64,000 bases of DNA, taken from positions 21,076 to 85,075 of the forward strand of contig JBHGNT010000106.1 of the NCBI GenBank assembly GCA_043228905.1. The letters run 5' to 3'. Shown one piece after another: positions 13,902 to 26,809 of this stretch. The notes below the pieces were generated by a model. The model did not search any database. It was not told the DNA's origin and saw only the letters and a list, made by a program, of their open reading frames with translations. This DNA comes from Azolla caroliniana (Eukaryota; Plantae; Polypodiophyta). The stretch's first letter is position 1; every line of letters starts with the position of its first letter. A program made the position numbers and the translations under genes.

Positions 13902-16900
13902 TCCGATATCACACGAGCCAGGTATGAACATTTTAATTTACTCAAGGGCTCCTCTCAACTCCCTCCTCATGTTTGCTAATTTCGCCATGTCTGTCGACCT
14001 GAGTTTCAAAATCTTGATTTTTTAATTCCATATTATAGCTAGCGTTGTTAGCTTCGAATCGCATGTTTGAACACAAAAATCCGATATCACACGAGGCAGG
14101 TATGAACATTTTAATTTACTCAAGGGCTCTTCCCAACTCACTCCTCAAATTTGCTAATTTCGTCATGTCTCTCGACCTGAGTTTTAAAATCTTGATTTTT
14201 TAATACCATATCGTAGCTAGCGTTGTTTGCTTCGATTTGCATGTTTGAACACAAAAATCCGATATCACACGAGGCAGGTATGAACATTTTAATTTACTCA
14301 AGGGCTCTTCTCAACCACTCCTCAAATTTGCTAATTTCGTCATGTCTCTCGACCTGAGTTTCAAAATCTTGATTTTTTAATTCCATATCATAGCTAGCGT
14401 TGTTAGGTTCGATTCGCATGTTTGAACACAAAAATCCGATATCACATGAGGCAGGTATGAACATTTTAATTTACTCAAGGGCTCCTCTCAACTCCCTCCT
14501 CAAATTTGGTAATTTCATCATGTCTCTTGACCTGAGTTTCAAAATCTTGATTTTTTAATTCCATATCATAGCTAGCGTTGTTAGCTTCGATTCGCATGTT
14601 TGAACACAAAAATCCGATATCACACGAGCAGGTATGAACATTTTAATTTACTCAAGGGCTCTTCTCAACTCACTCCTCAAATTTGCTAATTTCCTCATGT
14701 CTCTCGACCTGAGTTTCAAAATATTGATTTTTTAATTCCATATCATAGCTAGCGTTGTTACCTTCGATTCGCATGTTTGAACACAAAAATCCGATATCAC
14801 ACGAGCCACGTATGAACATTTTAATTTACTCAAGGGCTCCTCTCAACTCCCTCCTCATGTTTCCTAATTTCGTCATGTCTCTCGACCTGAGTTTCAAAAT
14901 TTGGATTTTTTAATTCTATATCATAGCTAGCGTTGTTAGCTTCGATTCGCATGTTTGAACACAAAAATCCGATATCACACGAGCCAGGTATGAACATTTT
15001 AATTTACTCAAGGGCTCCTCTCAACTCCCTCCTCAAATTTGGTAATTTCATCATGTCTCTTGACCTGAGTTTCAAAATCTTGATTTTTTAATTCCATATC
15101 ATAGCTAGCGTTGTTAGCTTCGAATCGCATGTTTGAACACAAAAATCCGATATCACACGAGGCAGGTATGAACATTTTAATTTACTCAAGGGTTCCTCTC
15201 AGCTCACTACTCAAATTTGCTAATTTCGTCATGTCTCTCGACCTGAGTTTCAAAATCTTGATTTTTTAATTCCATATCATAGCTAGCGTTGTTAGGTTCG
15301 ATTCGCTTGGTTGAACGCAAAAATCCGATATCACACGAGCCAGGTATGAACATTTTCATTTACTCAAGGGCTCCTCTCAACTCCCTCCTCATGTTTGCTA
15401 ATTTCGTCATGTCTGTCGACCTGAGTTTCAAAATCTTGATTTTTTAATTCCATATTATAGCTAGCGTTGTTAGCTTCGAATCGCATGTTTGAACACAAAA
15501 ATCCGATATCACACGAGGCAGGTATGAACATTTTAATTTACTCAAGAGCTCTTCTCAACTCACTCCTCCAATTTGCTAATTTCCTCATGTCTCTCGACCT
15601 GAGTTTCAAAATCTTGATTTTTTAATTCTATATCATAGCTAGCGTTGTTAGCTTCGATTCGCATGTTTGAACACAAAAATCCGATATCACACGAGCCAGG
15701 TATGAACATTTTAATTTACTCAAGGGCTCCTCTCAACTCCCTCCTCAAATTTGGTAATTTCATCATGTCTCTTGACCTGAGTTTCAAAATCTTGATTTTT
15801 TAATTCCATATCATAGCTAGCGTTGTTAGCTTCGATTCGCATGTTTGAACACAAAAATCCGATATCACACGAGCCAGGTATGAACATTTTAATTTACTCA
15901 AGGGCTCCTCTCAACTCCCTCCTCATGTTTGCTAATTTCGCCATGTCTGTCGACCTGAGTTTCAAAATCTTGATTTTTTAATTCCATATTATAGCTAGCG
16001 TTGTTAGCTTCGAATCGCATGTTTGAACACAAAAATCCGATATCACACGAGGCAGGTATGAACATTTTAATTTACTCAAGGGCTCTTCCCAACTCACTCC
16101 TCAAATTTGCTAATTTCGTCATGTCTCTCGACCTGAGTTTTAAAATCTTGATTTTTTAATACCATATCGTAGCTAGCGTTGTTTGCTTCGATTTGCATGT
16201 TTGAACACAAAAATCCGATATCACACGAGGCAGGTATGAACATTTTAATTTACTCAAGGGCTCTTCTCAACCACTCCTCAAATTTGCTAATTTCGTCATG
16301 TCTCTCGACCTGAGTTTCAAAATCTTGATTTTTTAATTCCATATCATAGCTAGCGTTGTTAGCTTCGATTCGCATGTTTGAACACAAAAATCCGATATCA
16401 CATGAGGCAGGTATGAACATTTTAATTTACTCAAGGGCTCCTCTCAACTCCCTCCTCAAATTTGGTAATTTCATCATGTCTCTTGACCTGAGTTTCAAAA
16501 TCTTGATTTTTTAATTCCATATCATAGCTAGCGTTGTTAGCTTCGATTCGCATGTTTGAACACAAAAATCCGATATCACACGAGCAGGTATGAACATTTT
16601 AATTTACTCAAGGGCTCTTCTCAACTCACTCCTCAAATTTGCTAATTTCCTCATGTCTCTCGACCTGAGTTTCAAAATATTGATTTTTTAATTCCATATC
16701 ATAGCTAGCGTTGTTACCTTCGATTCGCATGTTTGAACACAAAAATCCGATATCACACGAGCCACGTATGAACATTTTAATTTACTCAAGGGCTCCTCTC
16801 AACTCCCTCCTCATGTTTCCTAATTTCGTCATGTCTCTCGACCTGAGTTTCAAAATTTGGATTTTTTAATTCTATATCATAGCTAGCGTTGTTAGCTTCG

Positions 16901-17813
16901 ATTCGCATGTTTGAACACAAAAATCCGATATCACACGAGCCAGGTATGAACATTTTAATTTACTCAAGGGCTCCTCTCAACTCCCTCCTCAAATTTGGTA
17001 ATTTCATCATGTCTCTTGACCTGAGTTTCAAAATCTTGATTTTTTAATTCCATATCATAGCTAGCGTTGTTAGCTTCGAATCGCATGTTTGAACACAAAA
17101 ATCCGATATCACACGAGGCAGGTATGAACATTTTAATTTACTCAAGGGTTCCTCTCAGCTCACTACTCAAATTTGCTAATTTCGTCATGTCTCTCGACCT
17201 GAGTTTCAAAATCTTGATTTTTTAATTCCATATCATAGCTAGCGTTGTTAGGTTCGATTCGCTTGGTTGAACGCAAAAATCCGATATCACACGAGCCAGG
17301 TATGAACATTTTCATTTACTCAAGGGCTCCTCTCAACTCCCTCCTCATGTTTGCTAATTTCGTCATGTCTGTCGACCTGAGTTTCAAAATCTTGATTTTT
17401 TAATTCCATATTATAGCTAGCGTTGTTAGCTTCGAATCGCATGTTTGAACACAAAAATCCGATATCACACGAGGCAGGTATGAACATTTTAATTTACTCA
17501 AGAGCTCTTCTCAACTCACTCCTCCAATTTGCTAATTTCCTCATGTCTCTCGACCTGAGTTTCAAAATCTTGATTTTTTAATTCTATATCATAGCTAGCG
17601 TTGTTAGCTTCGATTCGCATGTTTGAACACAAAAATCCGATATCACACGAGCCAGGTATGAACATTTTAATTTACTCAAGGGCTCCTCTCAACTCCCTCC
17701 TCAAATTTGGTAATTTCATCATGTCTCTTGACCTGAGTTTCAAAATCTTGATTTTTTAATTCCATATCATAGCTAGCGTTGTTAGCTTCGAATCGCATGT
17801 TTGAACACAAAAA
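13902..17813 (+). repeat. Tandem duplication of an 11-monomer block (period 1956 bp)
   Basis: The private markers gttttaaaat..taataccata..gtttgc (14181/16137) and ctcaagagct..ctccaattt (15541/17497) both recur at +1956 = 11x178-2. Two 177-bp monomers (caaccactc and gagcagg) account for the -2. Confidence 0.88.
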
Positions 17814-20304
17814 TCCGATATCACACGAGCCAGGTATGAACATTTTCATTTACTCACAGGCTCCTCTCAACTCACTACTCACATTTGTTAATTTCGTCAT
17901 GTCTCTCGACCTGAGTTTCAAAATCTTGATTTTTTAATTCCATATTATAGCTAGAGTTGTTAGCTTCGAATCGCATGTTTGAACACAAAAATCCGATATC
18001 ACACGAGGCAGGTATGAACATTTTAATTTACTCAAGGGCTCCTCTCAACTCCCTCCTCATGTTTCCTAATTTCGTCATGTCTCTCGACCTGAGTTTCAAA
18101 ATATTTATTTTTTAATTCTATATCATAGCTACCGTTGTTAGCTTCGATTCGCATGTTTGAACACAAAAATCCGATATCACACGATCCAGGTATGAACATT
18201 TTAATTTACTCAAGGGCTCCTCTCAACTCCCTCCTCATGTTTGCTAATTTCGTCATGTCTCTCGACCTGAGTTTCAAAATCTTGATTTTTTAATTCCATA
18301 TCATAGCTAGCGTTGTTAGCTTCGATTCACATGTTTGAACACAAAAATCCGATATTACACGAGCCAGGTATGAACATTTTAATTTACGCAAGGGCTCCTC
18401 TCAACTCCCTCCTCATGTTTGCTAATTTCGTCATGTCTCTCGACCTGAGTTTCAAAATCTTGATTTTTTAATTCGATATCATAGCTAGCGTTGTTAGCTT
18501 CGAATCGCATGTTTGAACACAAAAATCCGATATCACACTAGCAGGTATGAACATTTTAATTTACTCAAGGGCTCCTCTCAACTCCCTCCTCATGTTTCCT
18601 AATTTCGTCATGTCTCTCGACCTGAGTTTCAAAATCTTGATTTTTTAATTCCATATCATAGCTAGCGTTGTTAGCTTCGAATCGCATGTTTGAACACAAA
18701 AATCCGATATCACACGAGGCAGGTATGAACATTTTAATTTACTCAAGGGTTCCTCTCAGCTCACTACTCAAATTTGCTAATTTCGTCATGTCTCTCGACC
18801 TGAGTTTCAAAATCTTGATTTTTTAATTCCATATCATAGCTAGCGTTGTTAGGTTCGATTCGCTTGGTTGAACGCAAAAATCCGATATCACACGAGCCAG
18901 GTATGAACATTTTCATTTACTCAAGGGCTCCTCTCAACTCCCTCCTCATGTTTGCTAATTTCGTCATGTCTCTCGACCTGAGTTTCAAAATCTTGATTTT
19001 TTAATTCCATATCATAGCTAGCGTTGTTAGCTTCGATTCGCATGTTTGAACACAAAAATCCGATATCACACGAGCCACGTATGAACATTTTAATTTACTC
19101 AAGGGCTCCTCTCAACTCCCTCCTCATGTTTGCTAATTTCGTCATGTCTGTCGACCTGAGTTTCAAAATCTTGATTTTATAATTCCATATTATAGCTAGC
19201 GTTGTTAGCTTCGAATCGCATGTTTGAACACAAAAATCCGATATCACACGAGGCAGGTATGAACATTTTAATTTACTCAAGGGCTCTTCTCAACTCACTC
19301 CTCAAATTTGCTAATTTCCTCATGTCTCTCGACCTGAGTTTCAAAATCTTGATTTTTTAATTCCATATCATAGCTACCGTTGTTAGCTTCGAATTGCATG
19401 TTTGAACACAAAAATCCGATATCACACGAGCCAGATATGAGCATTTTCATTTACTCACAGGCTCCTCTCAACTCACTACTCACATTTGTTAATTTCGTCA
19501 TGTCTCTCGACCTGAGTTTCAAAATCTTGATTTTTTAATTCCATATTATAGCTAGAGTTGTTAGCTTCGAATCGCATGTTTGAACACAAAAATCCGATAT
19601 CACACGAGGCAGGTATGAACATTTTAATTTACTCAAGGGCTCCTGTCAACTCCCTCCTCATGTTTCCTAATTTCGTCATGTCTCTCGACCTGAGTTTCAA
19701 AATCTTGATTTTTTAATTCCATATCATAGCTAGCGTTGTTACCTTCGATTCGCATGTTTGAACACAAAAATCCGATATCACACGAGCCACGTATGAACAT
19801 TTTAATTTACTCAAGGGCTCCTCTCAACTCCCTCCTCATGTTTCCTAATTTCGTCATGTCTCTCGACCTGAGTTTCAAAATCTTGATTTTTTAATTCCAT
19901 ATCATAGCTAGCGTTGTTACCTTCGATTTGCATGTTTGAACACAAAAATCCGATATCACACGAGCCACGTATGAACATTTTAATTTACTCAAGGGCTCCT
20001 CTCAACTCCCTCCTCATGTTTCCTAATTTCGTCATGTCTCTCGACCTGAGTTTCAAAATCTTGATTTTTTAATTCCATATCATAGCTACCGTTGTTAGCT
20101 TCGAATTGCATGTTTGAACACAAAAATCCGATATCACACGAGCCAGATATGAACAGTTTCATTTACTCACAGGCTCCTCTCAACTCACTCCTCAAATTTG
20201 CTAATTTCGTCATGTCTCTCGACCTGAGTTTCAAAATCTTGATTTTTTAATTCCATATCGTAGCTAGCGTTGTTAGCTTCGATTTGCATGTTTGAACACA
20301 AAAA

Positions 20305-23300
20305 TCCGATATCACACGAGGCAGGTATGAACATTTTAATTTACTCAAGGGCTCTTCCCAACTCACTCCTCAAATTTGCTAATTTCGTCATGTCTCTCGA
20401 CCTGAGTTTCAAAATCTTGATTTTTTAATTCCATATCATAGCTAGCGTTGTTAGGTTCGATTCGCTTGGTTGAACGGAAAAATCCGATTTCACACGAGCC
20501 AGGTATGAACAATTTCATTTACTCAAGGCTTCCTCTCAACTCCCTCCTCATGTTTGCTAATTTCCTCATGTCTCTCGACCTGAGTTTCAAAATCTTGATT
20601 TTTTAATTCCATATTATAGCTAGCGTTGTTAGCTTCGAATCGCATGTTTGAACACAAAAATCCGATATCACACGAGGCAGGTATGAACATTTTCATTTAC
20701 TCAAGGGCTCTTCTCAACTCACTCCTCAAATTTGCTAATTTCGTCATGTCTCTCGACCTGAGTTTCAAAATCTTGATTTTTTAATTCCATATCGTAGCTA
20801 GCGTTGTTAGCTTCGATTCGCATGTTTGAACACAAAAATGCGATATCACACGAGCCAGGTATGAACATTTTAATTTACTCAAGGGCTCCTCTCAACTCCC
20901 TCCTCAAATTTGGTAATTTCATCATGTCTCTTGACCTGAGTTTCAAAATCTTGATTTTTTAATTCCATATCATAGCTAGCGTTGTTAGCTTCGAATCGCA
21001 TGTTTGAACACAAAAATCCGATATCACACGAGGCAGGTATGAACATTTTAATTTACTCAAGGGTTCCTCTCAGCTCACTACTCAAATTTGCTTATTTCGT
21101 CATGTCTCTCGACCTGAGTTTCAAAATCTTGATTTTTTAATTCCATATCATAGCTAGCGTTGTTAGGTTCGATTCGCTTGGTTGAACGCAAAAATCCGAT
21201 ATCACACGAGCCAGGTATGAACATTTTCATTTACTCAAGGGCTCCTCTCAACTCCCTCCTCATGTTTGCTAATTTCGTCATGTCTCTCGACCTGAGTTTC
21301 AAAATCTTGATTTTTTAATTCCATATCATAGCTAGCGTTGTTAGCTTCGATTCGCATGTTTGAACACAAAAATCTGATATCACACGAGCCACGTATGAAC
21401 ATTTTGATTTACTTAAGGGCTCCTCTCAACTCCCTCCTCATGTTTGCTAATTTCGTCATGTCTCTCGACCTGAGTTTCAAAATCTTGATTTTTTAATTCC
21501 ATATCATAGCTAGCGTTGTTAGCTTCGATTCGCATGTTTGAACACAAAAATCCGATATCACACGAGCCAGGTATGAACATTTTAATTTACTGAAGGGCTC
21601 CTCTCAACTCCCTCCTCATGTTTCCTAATTTCGTCATGTCTCTCGACCTGAGTTTCAAAATCTTGATTTTTTAATTCCATATCATAGCTAGCGTTGTTAG
21701 CTTCGAATCGCATGTTTGAACACAAAAATCCGATATCACACGAGGCAGGTATGAACATTTTAATTTACTCAAGGGTTCCTCTCAGCTCACTACTCAAATT
21801 TGCTAATTTCGTCATGTCTCTCGACCTGAGTTTCAAAATCTTGATTTTTTAATTCCATATCATAGCTAGCGTTGTTAGGTTCGATTCGCTTGGTTGAACG
21901 CAAAAATCCGATATCACACGAGCCAGGTATGAACATTTTCATTTACTCAAGGGCTCCTCTCAACTCCCTCCTCATGTTTGCTAATTTCGTCATGTCTCTC
22001 GACCTGAGTTTCAAAATCTTGATTTTTTAATTCCATATCATAGCTAGCGTTGTTAGCTTCGATTCGCATGTTTGAACACAAAAATCCGATATCACACGAG
22101 CCACGTATGAACATTTTAATTTACTCAAGGGCTCCTCTCAACTCCCTCCTCATGTTTGCTAATTTCGTCATGTCTCTCGACCTGAGTTTCAAAATCTTGA
22201 TTTTTTAATTCCATATCATAGCTAGCGTTGTTAGCTTCGATTCGCATGTTTGAACACAAAAATCCGATATCACACGAGCTAGGTATGAACATTTTAATTT
22301 ACTCAAGGGCTCCTCTCAACTCCCTCCTCATGTTTCCTAATTTCGTCATGTCTCTCGACCTGAGTTTCAAAATCTTGATTTTTTAATTCCATATCATAGC
22401 TAGCGTTGTTAGCTTCGAATCGCATGTTTGAACACAAAAATCCGATATCACACGAGGCAGGTATGAACATTTTAATTTACTCAAGGGTTCCTCTCAGCTC
22501 ACTACTCAAATTTGCTAATTTCGTCATGTCTCTCGACCTGAGTTTCAAAATCTTGATTTTTTAATTCCATATCATAGCTAGCGTTGTTAGGTCCGATTCG
22601 CTTGGTTGAACGGAAAAATCCGATATCACACGAGCCAGGTATGAACATTTTCATTTACTCAAGGCTTCCTCTCAACTCCCTCCTCATGTTTGCTAATGTC
22701 GTCATGTCTCTCGACCTGAGTTTCAAAATCTTGATTTTTTAATTCCATATCATAGCTAGCGTTGTTAGCTTCGATTCGCATGTTTGAACACAAAAATCTA
22801 ATATCACACGAGCCAGGTATGAACATTTTAATTTACTCAAGGGCTCCTCTCAACTCCCTCCTCATGTTTCCTAATTTCGTCATGTCTCTCGACCTGAGTT
22901 TCAAAATCTTGATTTTTTAATTCCATATCGTAGCTAGCGTTGTTAGCTTCGATTCGCATGTTTGAACACAAAAATCCGATATCACACGAGCCAGGTATGA
23001 ACATTTTAATTTACTCAAGGGCTCCTCTCAACTCCCTCCTCAAATTTGGTAATTTCATCATGTCTCTTGACCTGAGTTTCAAAATCTTGATTTTTTAATT
23101 CCATATCATAGCTAGCGTTGTTAGCTTCGAATCGCATGTTTGAACACAAAAATCCGATATCACACGAGGCAGGTATGAACATTTTAATTTACTCAAGGGT
23201 TCCTCTCAGCTCACTACTCAAATTTGCTAATTTCGTCATGTCTCTCGACCTGAGTTTCCAAATCTTGATTTTTTAATTCCATATCATAGCTAGCGTTGTT

Positions 23301-23330
23301 AGGTTCGATTCGCTTGGTTGAACGCAAAAA
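20305..23330 (+). repeat. Locally tetrameric (712-bp) periodicity, degenerate 4-mer HOR
   Basis: The V-type motif ttaggt(t/c)cgattcgcttggttgaacg occurs at 20454, 21166, 21878, 22590 and 23302, each exactly 712 = 4x178 apart. The intervening monomers are similar but not identical between units. Confidence 0.7.
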
Positions 23331-26300
23331 TCCGATATCACACGAGCCAGGTATGAACATTTTCATTTACTCAAGGGCTCCTCTCAACTCCCTCCTCATG
23401 TTTGCTAATTTCGTCATGTCTCTCGACCTGAGTTTCAAAATCTTGATTTTTTAATTCCATATCATAGCTAGCGTTGTTAGGTCCGATTCGCTTGGTTGAA
23501 CGGAAAAATCCGATATCACACGAGCCAGGTATGAACATTTTCATTTACTCAAGGGTTCCTCTCAACTCCCTCCTCATGTTTGCTAATTTCGTCATGTCTC
23601 TCGACCTGAGTTTCAAAATTTGGATTTTTTAATTCTATATCATACCTAGCGTTGTTAGCTTCGAATCGCATGTTTGAACACAAAAATCCGATATCACACG
23701 AGCCAGGTATGAACATTTTAATTTACTAAAGGGCTCCTCTCAACTCCCTCCTCATGTTTGCTAATTTCGTCATGTCTGTCGACCTGAGTTTCAAAATCTT
23801 GATTTTATAATTCCATATTATAGCTAGCGTTGTTAGCTTCGAATCGCATGTTTGAACACAAAAATCCGATATCACACGAGGCAGGTATGAACATTTTAAT
23901 TTACTCAAGGGCTCTTCCCAACTCACTCCTCAAATTTGCTAATTTCGTCATGTCTCTCGACCTGAGTTTCAAAATCTTGATTTTTTAATTCCATATCGTA
24001 GCTAGCGTTGTTAGCTTCGATTTGCATGTTTGAACACAAAAAGCCGATATCACACGAGGCAGGTATGAACATTTTAATTTACTCAAGGGCTCTTCTCAAC
24101 CACTCCTCAAATTTGCTAATTTCGTCATGTGTCTCGACCTGAGTTTCAAAATCTTGATTTTTTAATTCCATATTATAGCTAGCGTTGTTAGCTTCGATTC
24201 GCATGTTTGAACACAAAAATCCGATATCACATGAGGCAGGTATGAACATTTTAATTTACTCAAGGGCTCCTCTCAACTCCCTCCTCATGTTTGCTAATAT
24301 CGTCATGTCTCTCGACCTGAGTTTCAAAATCTTGATTTTTTAATTCCATATCATAGCTAGCGTTGTTAGGTTCGATTCGCTTGGTTGAACGGAAAAATCC
24401 GATTTCACACGAGCCAGGTATGAACAATTTCATTTACTCAAGGCTTCCTCTCAACTCCCTCCTCATGTTTGCTAATTTCCTCATGTCTCTCGACCTGAGT
24501 TTCAAAATCTTGATTTTTTAATTCCATATTATAGCTAGCGTTGTTAGCTTCGAATCGCATGTTTGAACACAAAAATCCGATATCACACGAGGCAGGTATG
24601 AACATTTTGATTTACTCAAGGGCTCTTCTCAACTCACTCCTCAAATTTGCTAATTTCGTCATGTCTCTCGACCTGAGTTTCAAAATCTTGATTTTTTAAT
24701 TCCATATCGTAGCTAGCGTTGTTAGCTTCGATTCGCATGTTTGAACACAAAAATCCGATATCACACGAGCCAGGTATGAACATTTTAATTTACTCAAGGG
24801 CTCCTCTCAACTCCCTCCTCAAATTTGGTAATTTCATCATGTCTCTTGACCTGAGTTTCAAAATCTTGATTTTTTAATTCCATATCATAGCTAGCGTTGT
24901 TAGCTTCGAATCGCATGTTTGAACACAAAAATCCGATATCACACGAGGCAGGTATGAACATTTTAATTTACTCAAGGGTTCCTCTCAGCTCACTACTCAA
25001 ATTTGCTAATTTCGTCATGTCTCTCGACCTGAGTTTCAAAATCTTGATTTTTTAATTCCATATCATAGCTAGCGTTGTTAGGTTCGATTCGCTTGGTTGA
25101 ACGCAAAAATCCGATATCACACGAGCCAGGTATGAACATTTTCATTTACTCAAGGGCTCCTCTCAACTCCCTCCTCATGTTTGCTAATTTCGTCATGTCT
25201 CTCGACCTGAGTTTCAAAATCTTGAATTTTTAATTCCATATCATAGCTAGCGTTGTTAGCTTCGATTCGCATGTTTGAACACAAAAATCCGATATCACAC
25301 GAGCCACGTATGAACATTTTAATTTACTCAAGGGCTCCTCTCAACTCCCTCCTCATGTTTGCTAATTTCGTCATGTCTCTCGACCTGAGTTTCAAAATCT
25401 TGATTTTTTAATTCCATATCATAGCTAGCGTTGTTAGCTTCGATTCGCATGTTTGAACACAAGAATCCGATATCACAGGAGCCAGGTATGAACATTTTAA
25501 TTTACTCAAGGGCTCCTCTCAACTCCCTCCTCATGTTTGCTAATATCGTCATGTCTCTCGACCTGAGTTTCAAAATCTTGATTTTTTAATTCCATATCAT
25601 AGCTAGCGTTGTTAGCTTCGATTCGCATGTTTGAACACAAAAATCCGATATCACACGAGCTAGGTATGAACATTTTAATTTACTCAAGGGCTCCTCTCAA
25701 CTCCCTCCTCATGTTTGCTAATTTCGCCATGTCTGTCGACCTGAGTTTCAAAATCTTGATTTTTTAATTCCATATTATAGCTAGCGTTGTTAGCTTCGAA
25801 TCGCATATTTGAACACAAAAATCCGATATCACACGACGCAGGCATGAACATTTTAATTTACTCAAGGGCTCTTCTCAACTCACTCCTCAAATTTGCTAAT
25901 TTCGTCATGTCTCTCGACCTGAGTTTCAAAATCTTGATTTTTTAATTCCATATCGTAGCTAGCGTTGTTAGCTTCGATTTGCATGTTTGAACACAAAAAT
26001 CCGATATCACACGAGGCAGGTATGAACATTTTAATTTACTCAAGGGCTCTTCCCACCTCACTCCTCAAATTTGCTAATTTCGTCATGTCTCTCGACCTGA
26101 GTTTCAAAATCTTGATTTTTTAATTCCATATCGTAGCTAGCGTTGTTAGCTTCGATTTGCATGTTTGAACACAAAAATCCGATATCACACGAGGCAGGTA
26201 TGAACATTTTAATTTACTCAAGGGCTCTTCTCAACCACTCCTCAAATTTGCTAATTTCGTCATGTCTCTCGACCTGAGTTTCAAAATCTTGATTTTTTAA

Positions 26301-26809
26301 TTCCATATCATAGCTAGCGTTGTTAGCTTCGATTCGCATGTTTGAACACAAAAATCGGATATCACACGAGCTAGGTATGAACATTTTCATTTACTCAAGG
26401 CTTCCTCTCAACTCCCTCCTCATGTTTGCTAATGTCGTCATGTCTCTCGACCTGAGTTTCAAAATCTTGATTTTTTAATTCCATATTATAGCTAGCGTTG
26501 TTAGCTTCGATTCGCATGTTTGAACACAAAAATCCGATATCACACGAGCCAGGTATGAACATTTTAATTTACTAAAGGGCTCCTCTCAACTCCCTCCTCA
26601 TGTTTGCTAATTTCGTCATGTCTCTCGACCTGAGTTTCAAAATCTTGATTTTTTAATTCCATATCATAGCTAGCGTTGTTAGCTTCGATTCGCATGTTTG
26701 AACACAAAAATCCGATATCACACGAGCCAGGTATGAACATTTTAATTTACTCAAGGGCTCCTCTCAACTCCCTCCTCATGTTTCCTAATTTCGTCATGTC
26801 TCTCGACCT

